Below, piece by piece: positions 49,124 through 59,678 of a stretch of DNA of 64,000 nt. The stretch comes from Desulfobacterales bacterium. Lineage in GTDB: Bacteria > Desulfobacterota > Desulfobacteria > Desulfobacterales > UBA2174. The stretch's first letter is position 1. Each line of letters begins with the position of its first letter. Location of the stretch: positions 64,001 to 128,000 of the forward strand of contig CAXXWC010000015.1 in NCBI GenBank assembly GCA_963668645.2, given 5' to 3'. The notes beneath the pieces are model-generated. The model was not told the origin of the DNA. It did no database searches and was given only the letters and a program-made list of their open reading frames with translations. The position numbers were made by a program, and so were the translations under genes.

Positions 49124-50560
49124 TCAAAGGTGCCTGAGGCGCATCAGCCAGGCAAAGACCCGCTCGAAGGTATTGCCGTAAGGCGGGTACATCCGGGCGA
49201 CCATGGTCACCGGCGCCTGGCTGAAAACCGGCCGCAGCTTGGAAAACTCCAAAAACCCCTCGTAGGCGTGGTACTGGCCCATGCCGCTGTTGCCCACCCC
49301 GCCGAAAGGCAGATCGTGCTGGGCCGCATGCACGGCGCAGTCGTTGATCCCCACCGCGCCGGACATGGTGTGCCGGATCACCCGTTCCTGGATCGCCTTG
49401 TCGTGGGTGAACAGATAGAGGGCCAGGGGACGCTCCCGGGCGTTGATGTAAGCCAGGACCTCATCCAGGTTCCGGTAGGTCTTGACCGGCAGGATGGGGC
49501 CGAAGATCTCCTCTTGCATGAGCTGCATTTCGTCGCTCACGTCGAGCACCAGGGTGGGCGGGATCTTGCGCCGGCCCGGATCCGGCTCCGCCCCGGGCAC
49601 CAGGTTGATCACCCGGGCGCCCTTGGCTTCGGCGTCGGCCAGAACGGCGGTCAAACGCCGGTAGGCCCGGTCGTCGATGATGGCCGTATAGTCGCCGCTG
49701 GTGATGTCCGGGTAGCGGTACGGCATCAGCCGCCGGGCCTGTTCGATGAAGTCCGCCTGCCGGCCTGCGGGCAGGAACAGGTAGTCCGGCGCCACACAGG
49801 TCTGGCCGGCGTTCATGTACTTGACGTAGAGGATGCGGTCGGCGGCCCGGGCCATGTCGAAGTCTTCGGCCACGATGGTGGGCGACTTGCCGCCCAGCTC
49901 GAGGGTCACCGGGGTGAGGTGCTCGGCCGCGGCCCGCATCACGGCCCGGCCGGTGGGCGGAGAGCCGGTGAAGATCAGATGGTCGAAGGGCAGAACGGTG
50001 AACTCGGCCGCCGGCACACCGGGCACCACGGCCACCAGGTCTTCGGGCAGTACCGCGCCGATGCGCCGTTGAAGCAACCGGCAGAGCCCTTGGGCGTTGG
50101 CCGCCATCTTGATCATGCAGCGGTTGCCGGCTGCCAGGGCGCCGGTCAAAGGCCCCAGGGCGAGCTGCAGCGGGTAGTTCCAGGGCGAGATAATCCCCAC
50201 CACCCCTTTGGGCTGGGCAATCACGCGGTTTCGCGCTCCGGCAAAGAGCAGGGATGTGTGCCGGCGCCGTGGGCGCATCCAGCGCTTCAGATGGCGCCGG
50301 GCGTGGGTTAAACCGGAAACGGTGGGAAAAATGTCGAGCAGGCGGGTTTCCTGGGTACTGCGCTGGCCGAAGTCCGCACTGACGACCTCGGCGATCTCGT
50401 GCTGGTGTTCGATGAGCAGATTTTCGACGGCCAGCATCGCCGCGCAGCGCTCCTGGCATGAAAGATAAGGCTTTGCCAGCCAGGCTGCCCGCTGGCGGTC
50501 GAAGATTTGCCGCGCTCTGCCGCTGTTATAGGTTGGGTCAACCGATACCTTTGCCTCCAT
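49124..50560 (-). CDS. Aldehyde dehydrogenase (coniferyl-aldehyde/ALDH3 type)
   Basis: PWNYP, FTGS, LELGGKSP, GQTCVAPDY, EEIFGP, PFGGVG. Confidence 0.9.
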   Translation of the reverse strand: MEAKVSVDPTYNSGRARQIFDRQRAAWLAKPYLSCQERCAAMLAVENLLIEHQHEIAEVVSADFGQRSTQETRLLDIFPTVSGLTHARRHLKRWMRPRRRHTSLLFAGARNRVIAQPKGVVGIISPWNYPLQLALGPLTGALAAGNRCMIKMAANAQGLCRLLQRRIGAVLPEDLVAVVPGVPAAEFTVLPFDHLIFTGSPPTGRAVMRAAAEHLTPVTLELGGKSPTIVAEDFDMARAADRILYVKYMNAGQTCVAPDYLFLPAGRQADFIEQARRLMPYRYPDITSGDYTAIIDDRAYRRLTAVLADAEAKGARVINLVPGAEPDPGRRKIPPTLVLDVSDEMQLMQEEIFGPILPVKTYRNLDEVLAYINARERPLALYLFTHDKAIQERVIRHTMSGAVGINDCAVHAAQHDLPFGGVGNSGMGQYHAYEGFLEFSKLRPVFSQAPVTMVARMYPPYGNTFERVFAWLMRLRHL

Positions 50561-50634
50561 CGAATCATCCTTCCAGGGGGGCGAAAACAGCGCCCCGCCT
50601 TGAACAGGTCGCCATCCATGATGATGGATGGCCC

Positions 50635-50671
50635 AATAAAACGCCGGTCCCTACAAGCGTCGGGACCGGCG
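50635..50671 (-). terminator. Intrinsic terminator after pruA
   Basis: CGCCGGTCCC / GGGACCGGCG stem followed by TTTTATT on the minus strand. Confidence 0.7.
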
Positions 50672-50730
50672 AAGTGTTGCATGCCGGTGTATCGAGCCGT
50701 CTATCCAACGCGGGGCCGGACCGCCGGCGG

Positions 50731-52362
<1,632 letters not shown>

Positions 52363-52403
52363 TGTTCCTCCTTAATCACGATGATGCGAGGACAATCGAT
52401 CGC

Positions 52404-55169
52404 TCACATCTTTTCGAGACGCACGGCGCAGGCCTTGTACTCGGCCGTCATGGTGATATCATCGAAGGCCGCGTTGGTCAGCCAGTTGCCGCAAGCCTCA
52501 CGGAAATGAAAGGCCATCCAGACCATCCCCGGCGGCACCTCGCCGGTGATCTTGGCCTTGACCTCGATCTGGCCCCGGCGCGAAAGCACCCGGATCTTTT
52601 CGCCCTGATCGATGCCCAGGGCCTCGGCATCGGCCAGGGAAATATCGGCGGTCTCCTCGCCGAGGATGTCGTTGAGCCCCTCGCAGCGGCCGGTCTGGGT
52701 CCGGGTGTGGTAGTGGGCCAGACGCCGGCCGGTGGAAAGCACCATGGGGTACTCGTCGTCGGGAACTTCGGCCGGCGGGGTCCACTCGGCCGGCATGAAG
52801 ACGCCCAGCCCGCAGGTAAACTGTCCGTCCTTGTGCAGAAAGCAGGTGCCCCCATGTTCCTCGTTGGGGCATGGCCACTGCAGCCCGTTGCCCTCCAGAC
52901 GGTTATACTTGATCCCGCCGAACTGGGGTGCCAGCACCGACACCTCCTCGTCCCAGATCTGCCGGGCGCTGTCCGAAGCCCAATCATGGCCGAAGCGTTT
53001 GGCGATCTGTTTGAAAATCCACCAGTTGGGCCGGGCCTCGCCCGGTGGCTGGCTGGCGGTGCGCACCCGGTTGACCCGCCGTTCGCTGTTGGTGAAGGTA
53101 CCGTCGTTTTCGCTCCAGGCCGCCGCCGGCAGGATCACGTGGGCAAAGCGGGTGGTCTCGTTGGGAAAGATGTCCTGCACCACGAGAAACTCCGCCGAGG
53201 CCAGTTCGTGCTCCACCTTGCGGATATCCGGCTCGGTGTTGGCCAGGTTCTCGCCGAAGATGTAAAAACCGCGCACCGAGCCGTCGACCAGCCCTTCCAT
53301 CATCTGGGGGATCATCAGGCCGTTGGCCGCCGGCAGATCTTCAGTCCCCCAGGCCTTTTCGAACTTGGCGCGCGCCGCCAGGTCGCCCACCTTCTGGTAG
53401 CCGTGAAAGACATTGGGCAACGCCCCCATGTCGCAGGCCCCCTGGACGTTGTTCTGGCCGCGCAGCGGATTGACCCCGCCGCACTCGACGCCCATGTTGC
53501 CCAGCAGCATCTGCAAATTGGCCACGCTCATCACGTTGCGCGTACCGCAGGTGTGCTCGGTGATGCCCAGCGTGTAGCAGAGCATCATCGGCTTGACCGA
53601 GGCGATGCGCCGGGCCGTTTTGCGGATCAGATCGGCGGGAACCCCGCAGATATCGGCCGCATACTCGGGTGGGTAGGACTTTACGGCGGCGGCCAGCTTG
53701 TCGAAATCGACCGTGCATGAATCGACAAACTTCCTATCGTAGAGGTTTTCGGCGATCAGCACGTTCATCAGGGCGTTGAGAAAGGCGATGTCGCTGCCCA
53801 CCCGGATCGGCACGTGCAGTTCGGCCATCTCGGCCAGTTTGTGGCGCCGCGGGTCGACCACGATCAGCGCGGCGCCCTTGAGCACGGCGTTTTTCACGAA
53901 GGTGGAGGCCACCGGATGGGCCTCGGTCATGTTGGAACCGATCACAAAGAACATCTTGGCCCTGGCGAACTCGTTGAACGAGTTGGTCATGGCTCCGGAA
54001 CCGAACGTGGTCGCCAGCCCGGCGACCGTCGGGGCATGTCAAGTACGGGCACAATGGTCGATGTTGTTCGTCTTGAACACCGCCCGGAAAAGCTTTTGCA
54101 TCTGGTAGGAGTCTTCGTTGATGCTCCGGGCGCAGCTCACCCCGGCCACGGCGTTGGACCCGCTCTCGGCGATGATCTGCTTGAACTTTTCAGCCACAAG
54201 ATCCAGGGCCTCGTCCCAGGATGCCTCTCGAAATCCCTCCCCGTCGCGGATCAGCGGGGTCTTGAGGCGCTCTTCGGAGTAGATGAAATCGTAGCCGTAG
54301 CGCCCCTTGACGCAGAGCCGCCCCTGGTTCGGTTCGGCATCCTCGACCGCCGTGATCCGCACGATGCGCCCGTCGCGCACATGCAGCCACTGCTGGCAGC
54401 CCACCCCGCAGTACGGGCAGGTGGTGCGGATCTTTTCCACTTCCCAGGGCCGCCATTGGAAACGGGCCTTCTTGTCGACCAAAGCACCGGTGGGGCAGGC
54501 CTGGACGCACTGGCCGCAAAAAACGCAGTCCGAATCGGCCAGGGAGCGGTCGTCGCCGGCCACGATCTTTACCTGGCGGCCGTGGTAGCCGAAATTGATA
54601 GCCCGGTTAACCTGGACCTCGTTGCAGGCCTGGACGCAGCGGCCGCAGCGGATACAGCGCGAAAAATCCCGCACGATCATCGGGTTGGCCAGCTCCGGTG
54701 GCGGACAATCGGTCAGCGGGACGAAGCGGTCCGGCCGGGCCTGGTACTGGAAGGCGAGTTCCTGCAACTTGCAGTCGCCCCAGGACGGGCACAACTCGTC
54801 GCCGTCCATGGTTTGGGCGGCGATCTGAAAGGCGCTCCAGTCACCGCCGTGTTCCATCTGGGTGGCGGCGCAGTTGTGGTTGCCCGAGGCCAGCATCAGT
54901 TCGATGATGGTGCGCCGGGCGGCAACGACCACCGGCGATTCGGTCTGCACGCGCATCCCCCCGGCCACCGGGGTGGTGCAGGCCGCCATAAGGGTCTCGG
55001 CCCCTTCGACCTCCACCACGCATACCCGGCAGGCGCCGGTGGGGGTGGTGCCGGCCAGGTGGCACAGGGTGGGGATGACCACCTGGTGGCGGCGGGCCGC
55101 CTCCAGGATCGTCTCGCCCGGCTGAAAATCGACTTCGCGTCCGTTGAGGGTGAAGACGTTTGCGACCAT
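52404..55169 (-). CDS. fdhF: Selenocysteine-containing formate dehydrogenase alpha subunit (FdhF-like, NuoG-like Fe-S N-terminus)
   Basis: Two track ORFs joined in frame across TGA 54039-54041: DHCART-U-HAPTVAGL; LRGQNNVQG; CPYCGVGC; GGAGGAG RBS. Confidence 0.9.
54009..54027 (-). promoter_or_regulatory. Bacterial SECIS element
   Basis: GGTCGCC-GGGCT-GGCGACC hairpin starting 11 nt after the UGA. Confidence 0.85.
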
Positions 55170-55210
55170 AGCTCCTCCACTCGTTTCAGGTTTCACCACT
55201 CTCGTCTAAT

Positions 55211-57295
55211 TCAGGCCTTGGCCACCGAAACAAAATGCTCCTGATAGGCCACCGCCCCGCCGGCCGGATCCCAGATCTCTAGCCCTCCGCGCATGAAGCG
55301 GTTGTCGGCCAGCCCACGGCCGAAAGCTCGGGTCTCGACCGGCAGCCGATGGCCGAAGCCGTGCAGCACAAAGACCGCCTCGGGATGGATGGCGTCGGTG
55401 ACCTTGGCCCGGATCCGCTCGGAATAGCCGTTCTGGGATACGCTGACCAAATCGCCGTCCCGGATTCCCACGGTCTCGGCGGCTTGGGTGTTGATCCAGA
55501 GCACATTTTCGGGAAGCTGCTCGAACAACATGGGATTGTTGAGCGTATGTCCCTGGGTGTGGACCGCGCAGCGGCCGAAGGTCAGCCGGAACTGCCCGGC
55601 CGGCGGGGTCGAGCGCGGACTGTACGCTTTGAGCGATTCGAGCCCCCATTCGGTAAGCTTGTCAGAGAAAATTTCGATCTTGCCGCTGGGGGTTTTGAAG
55701 CGCATCTCATCACGGGTTTGATAGACCGCCGCATCACACAGCGGCACCATCCCGGTGGCGCTGAAATCGTCGATCTCCACCCCGGTGCCATTCAACTGAA
55801 AACGCCAGATGTCCTCGATGCGGTCGAAAACCAGATCGTCCAGCCCCAGGCGCCGGGCCAGACCGCTGATGATCTCCCAGCCGGCCCGGCTGTCGTAGCG
55901 CGGCTTGAGGACCTGGCGGCGCATGAAAAAATACGGCCGCAGGCCGTTTTTGCAGGCCATGATGCTGTCGCGTTCCAGGTAGGTGGACAGCGGCAGCACC
56001 ACGTCGGAGAACCAGGCCGTATCCGACCAGCTGAAGGTCACCGACACCAACAGGTCGAGCTTGGAAAAGATCTTCTGCAGCCGGTCGGGATCGGGAAACC
56101 CCATCAACGGGTCGTGGCGGTAGGCGATGTAAGCCTTGACCGGATAAGGATCGTCCGTATCCATGGCCTTAAAGAGCAGATGGGCCAGCCCGGGCCCGGT
56201 CTCGAACTGGGGATAGCGCCATCCGACCCCGTCGGCTCTTTTCTCCTTGGGCTTTGGATAAAGATCCATGAATTTTTTCAACCCCTTGGCCCCCACAGCG
56301 GCAGGGCTGTTGACCAGGGGAAGCCCCCCCTTGGCCCCGTGAGCACCCAGCAGGGCGTTGATAATGTAGATCGAACGGCACACGTAAAAAGAATCGGTGT
56401 AACGGGCTGCCATCCACCCCGGATGCCAGATCACCGAAGGTGCGGCGGCTGCAAGGTCCCGGACCAAGGCGTGGAGTTGATGGGCCGGGATCCCGGTCTG
56501 AGCTTCGGCCCATTCGGGGGTATACGGCTCAACGAAGGTTCGCAGGCGGTCGATGTCGGCGATGAAGCGTTCGGCAAAATCCTGGTCATAGACCCGGCGT
56601 TGGAGGATTTCGCGGATCACGGCCAGGTTGAAGGCGTAGTCGGTACCCGGCCGGATCATCATAAAACGGCCGGCCTTGTATGCCGACACGTTGGCGCGGA
56701 TGTCGATCACCGTCAGACCGCAGCCGTTTTCCATGGCCGCCATCAGGTTGTTGACCTCCTGGACGGCCACGGCTTCGAAGATGTTCCGGAACTGGAGCAC
56801 GACATGGCGTGCATTTTTGAAATCGTAGGCCACCCCTTTGCGGCCCAGGCCGGTGAGCGACAGGTGGGCGTGGTGAATGTTGCGCGCGCAGGATGCATCG
56901 TGGTTGCAGTAGTTGGGCGTGCCCAGGCCGCGCAGGAAAGCCCGGCGGTAATCGCGGAACGGGCCGCCGCGGTCCGACAGGGCCACCGTTTGGGGGCCGT
57001 GGCAATCCATGAGAGTCTTGAGCCGCTCGGCCACATAGTCCAGCGCTTCGTCCCATGAGGCGCGGCGCCACTTGCCCTCGCCGCGCTCTCCCGTGCGGAT
57101 CAAGGGGGTCTGGGGTCTTTCCGAATCATTGACCAGGGCCAGGCCGGCAGCACCGCGTGCGCACAGGGACCCTTCCATTCCGGAAGCATGCGGGTTTCCC
57201 TGGAGCGTCCGCACCTGCCCCCTGGAAACGGTGGCCTGAATGGGGCAACGGACAGTGCACATACCGCAGATACTGTAAATTTCTTTAAGATCCAT
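55211..57295 (-). CDS. Mo/W-bisPGD oxidoreductase, PhsA/PsrA-like, no Tat signal
   Basis: CGMCTVRC...LCARG 4Fe-4S motif at the N-terminus; HDASC; IRPGTD; DVVLP...YLER. Confidence 0.82.
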   Translation of the reverse strand: MDLKEIYSICGMCTVRCPIQATVSRGQVRTLQGNPHASGMEGSLCARGAAGLALVNDSERPQTPLIRTGERGEGKWRRASWDEALDYVAERLKTLMDCHGPQTVALSDRGGPFRDYRRAFLRGLGTPNYCNHDASCARNIHHAHLSLTGLGRKGVAYDFKNARHVVLQFRNIFEAVAVQEVNNLMAAMENGCGLTVIDIRANVSAYKAGRFMMIRPGTDYAFNLAVIREILQRRVYDQDFAERFIADIDRLRTFVEPYTPEWAEAQTGIPAHQLHALVRDLAAAAPSVIWHPGWMAARYTDSFYVCRSIYIINALLGAHGAKGGLPLVNSPAAVGAKGLKKFMDLYPKPKEKRADGVGWRYPQFETGPGLAHLLFKAMDTDDPYPVKAYIAYRHDPLMGFPDPDRLQKIFSKLDLLVSVTFSWSDTAWFSDVVLPLSTYLERDSIMACKNGLRPYFFMRRQVLKPRYDSRAGWEIISGLARRLGLDDLVFDRIEDIWRFQLNGTGVEIDDFSATGMVPLCDAAVYQTRDEMRFKTPSGKIEIFSDKLTEWGLESLKAYSPRSTPPAGQFRLTFGRCAVHTQGHTLNNPMLFEQLPENVLWINTQAAETVGIRDGDLVSVSQNGYSERIRAKVTDAIHPEAVFVLHGFGHRLPVETRAFGRGLADNRFMRGGLEIWDPAGGAVAYQEHFVSVAKA

Positions 57296-57345
57296 ACGCT
57301 TCTCCTTTATCGATTTCGACGGCTCGAAAGAACCGGTCGAGTTTT

Positions 57346-57369
57346 CGTTATGTCAATATTGACACATCG
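57346..57369. promoter_or_regulatory. Putative ModE-binding box
   Basis: CGTTATGTC-AATATT-GACACATCG, ModE-box geometry, 50 bp upstream of the Mo-enzyme operon. Confidence 0.7.
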
Positions 57370-57801
57370 GCAAGAAATTTTTTTGGCATCCACCAGATCC
57401 TGCTGCTGCTTCACAGACTTTGGGGCGATCGGTTGGCATGGCTCTGCCCGCTAAACGACGAATCTTTCGTCCCAGGGGGCTGAAGACTGCAAAAAGGATC
57501 GATATGAGCAAGGTGTCATGCACGATGTTGTGGCTTTTGGCGAATTTTCCATTGGGCGGATAGGCCCCGATCAAAGATAAAAAATTATGTCATACCCCCC
57601 CCCATAACACAATACAAGCCCGTAAATTCCTACTCGAATCATCCGATTTCTGATACGTACCCCCAACAACCGCAAATGCCACCACAATCTCCACGCCCGC
57701 AGCGGCAAAAGCGGAGGATTCGGTTTTTTGTGGTATGGATCAGGACGGAATCGAAAACGATTCTTTCCGATAGCATCGTTGCCCAAAAAAGGATTACCGA
57801 T

Positions 57802-58176
57802 ATGCCGGGCCAGGACTTTTCCGTCCGCTCGAAGATCTGGATCGTCGATGCCTGCGGGCAGGTGGTATTCGGCCTGGGGCGGCTGAAAATACTCGAAGCG
57901 GTGCAACGCAACGGCTCCATCCAGGCGGCGGCCACTGAATTGAAGATGAGCTACCGGGCCGTCTGGGGCCGGATCAAGGCCACCGAAGAACGCCTCGGCC
58001 AGCCGCTGCTGGTGCGCAACATCGGTGGAGCGGCCGGCGGCGGCTCCTGCCTGACCCCCTTTGCCGAAGCCCTGGTGGAAAGCTTCAAGCAACTGCACCG
58101 GGAGGTTGCCGAAAACGCCGACCGCCGCTTCGCGCGCCAATTCAAGGAGCTGCTGAAACGGTTCGCCACCCCCTGA
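57802..58176 (+). CDS. ModE-family winged-helix regulator (DNA-binding domain only)
   Basis: SKIW, FGLGR, GSIQAAA..LKMSYRAVWG, GGGSCLT; no Mop/TOBE domains. Confidence 0.85.
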   Translation: MPGQDFSVRSKIWIVDACGQVVFGLGRLKILEAVQRNGSIQAAATELKMSYRAVWGRIKATEERLGQPLLVRNIGGAAGGGSCLTPFAEALVESFKQLHREVAENADRRFARQFKELLKRFATP

Positions 58177-58587
58177 AGGATCACACCCGCCCGATCGCCC
58201 CACCGTTTTTACCCGGAAATTTTCGGTGAACCCGGGATGTTTTCTCCTCCCCGAAGAGCGGAAGCGTTGACCTCGACACAGCGACCCTCCCTTCGATGAC
58301 ATTGAATATCAGTGATGATAGGCGTTCATTGACGGCGGCATAGCCTCCGGAAACTGAATTTCATCTTTTTGGTTTGTTTTAATCATCAAATATGTCGTTT
58401 TTATAACTTAAAATAGCGTTTTAACAGTACATTACTTTCTTTAATCATTACATTAATTGACTTGACCGGTCATTCTATGCATAGTAGTTACTGGATGTAA
58501 TTTCATGTAATTAACAGGTGGTATTTTCGCTAGCCAATCAACAACTTTCGATACATACCCTAAAATACGTCGCCGGGGTTTCTTCCC

Positions 58588-59613
58588 ATGATCAAAACCA
58601 TCCCCGTCGAGCAGGCCGTCGGCACCGTCCTTTGCCATGACATCACCCGCATCGTACCGGGTCAGAGCAAGGGACCGGCCTACCGAAAAGGGCACATCAT
58701 CACGGCCGAGGACGTACCGGTTCTGCTCAAGATAGGCAAAGAGCACGTCTTTGTGCTGGAAATGCCCCCGGACCACGTCCATGAGGACAAAGCGGCCCGG
58801 AGGCTTGCCGCGGCGGCCGCCGGTCCCGGGATCCGCCTGGACGAGCCTTCCGAGGGAAAAGTCAATCTCATCGCCGAAGCTGACGGTCTGCTTTGCATCA
58901 ACGTGGCGGCCCTCGACGCCCTCAACAGCATCGAAGACGTGGTTTTCGGCACCCTTCACACCCACATCATGGTCAAGGCCGGCCAGCTTGTGGCAGGCAC
59001 CCGGGTCGTACCGCTGATCTTCGAGGAACGCAGACTTTTCGAAGCCGAGAGCCTCTGCCGGCGCCAGGGCCCCATCGTGACGGTCGCACCTTTCCGCAGC
59101 TGGGCGGTGGGCATGGTCACCACCGGCAGTGAAGTCTATCACGGTCGGATCCAGGACGCCTTCGGACCGGCGGTGCGCGTCAAATTCGAGAGTCTCGGCA
59201 GCCGCATTACCCGCCAGATCCTGGTCTCCGACAGTCTGGTCAAGACCGTTGCCGCCATCAAGGAGCTGATCGCCGAAGGGGCCGAGATGGTGGTGCTCAC
59301 CGGCGGCATGTCAGTGGATCCGGACGACCAGACCCCGGCAAGCATTCGGGCCACCGGAGCCGAGGTGATCAGTTACGGGGCCCCGGTTTTCCCCGGTGCC
59401 ATGTTCATGCTGGCCTATCTGGGAGACGTGCCCATTCTGGGGTTGCCCGGCTGCGTGATGTACTACCAGGCGTCGATTTTTGACCTGATCGTGCCGCGCC
59501 TGCTTGCCGGCCAACGCATCATGCGCCGGGATATCGTGGCGCTGGGCCACGGAGGGTTCTGCGCCGGGTGCGCCGCCTGCCGCTACCCGGTCTGCGGTTT
59601 CGGCAAGAACTGA
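58588..59613 (+). CDS. Molybdopterin-binding (MoeA-like) protein
   Basis: AVGTVLCHDIT, TTGSEV, TGGMSVDPDD, PGAM, GLPGC, C-terminal CxxCxxCxxxxC. Confidence 0.85.
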   Translation: MIKTIPVEQAVGTVLCHDITRIVPGQSKGPAYRKGHIITAEDVPVLLKIGKEHVFVLEMPPDHVHEDKAARRLAAAAAGPGIRLDEPSEGKVNLIAEADGLLCINVAALDALNSIEDVVFGTLHTHIMVKAGQLVAGTRVVPLIFEERRLFEAESLCRRQGPIVTVAPFRSWAVGMVTTGSEVYHGRIQDAFGPAVRVKFESLGSRITRQILVSDSLVKTVAAIKELIAEGAEMVVLTGGMSVDPDDQTPASIRATGAEVISYGAPVFPGAMFMLAYLGDVPILGLPGCVMYYQASIFDLIVPRLLAGQRIMRRDIVALGHGGFCAGCAACRYPVCGFGKN

Positions 59614-59678
59614 CTTCCATCCGGCACTCGACAGGTGCCGCCCGTCCCTTCAAACCCATCGACCAAAGGGGGAATGCA

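Noticed and set aside
57595..57603. C9 tract upstream of the ModE-like gene
   Set aside because: No promoter elements I can place around it, so phase variation is unsupported.
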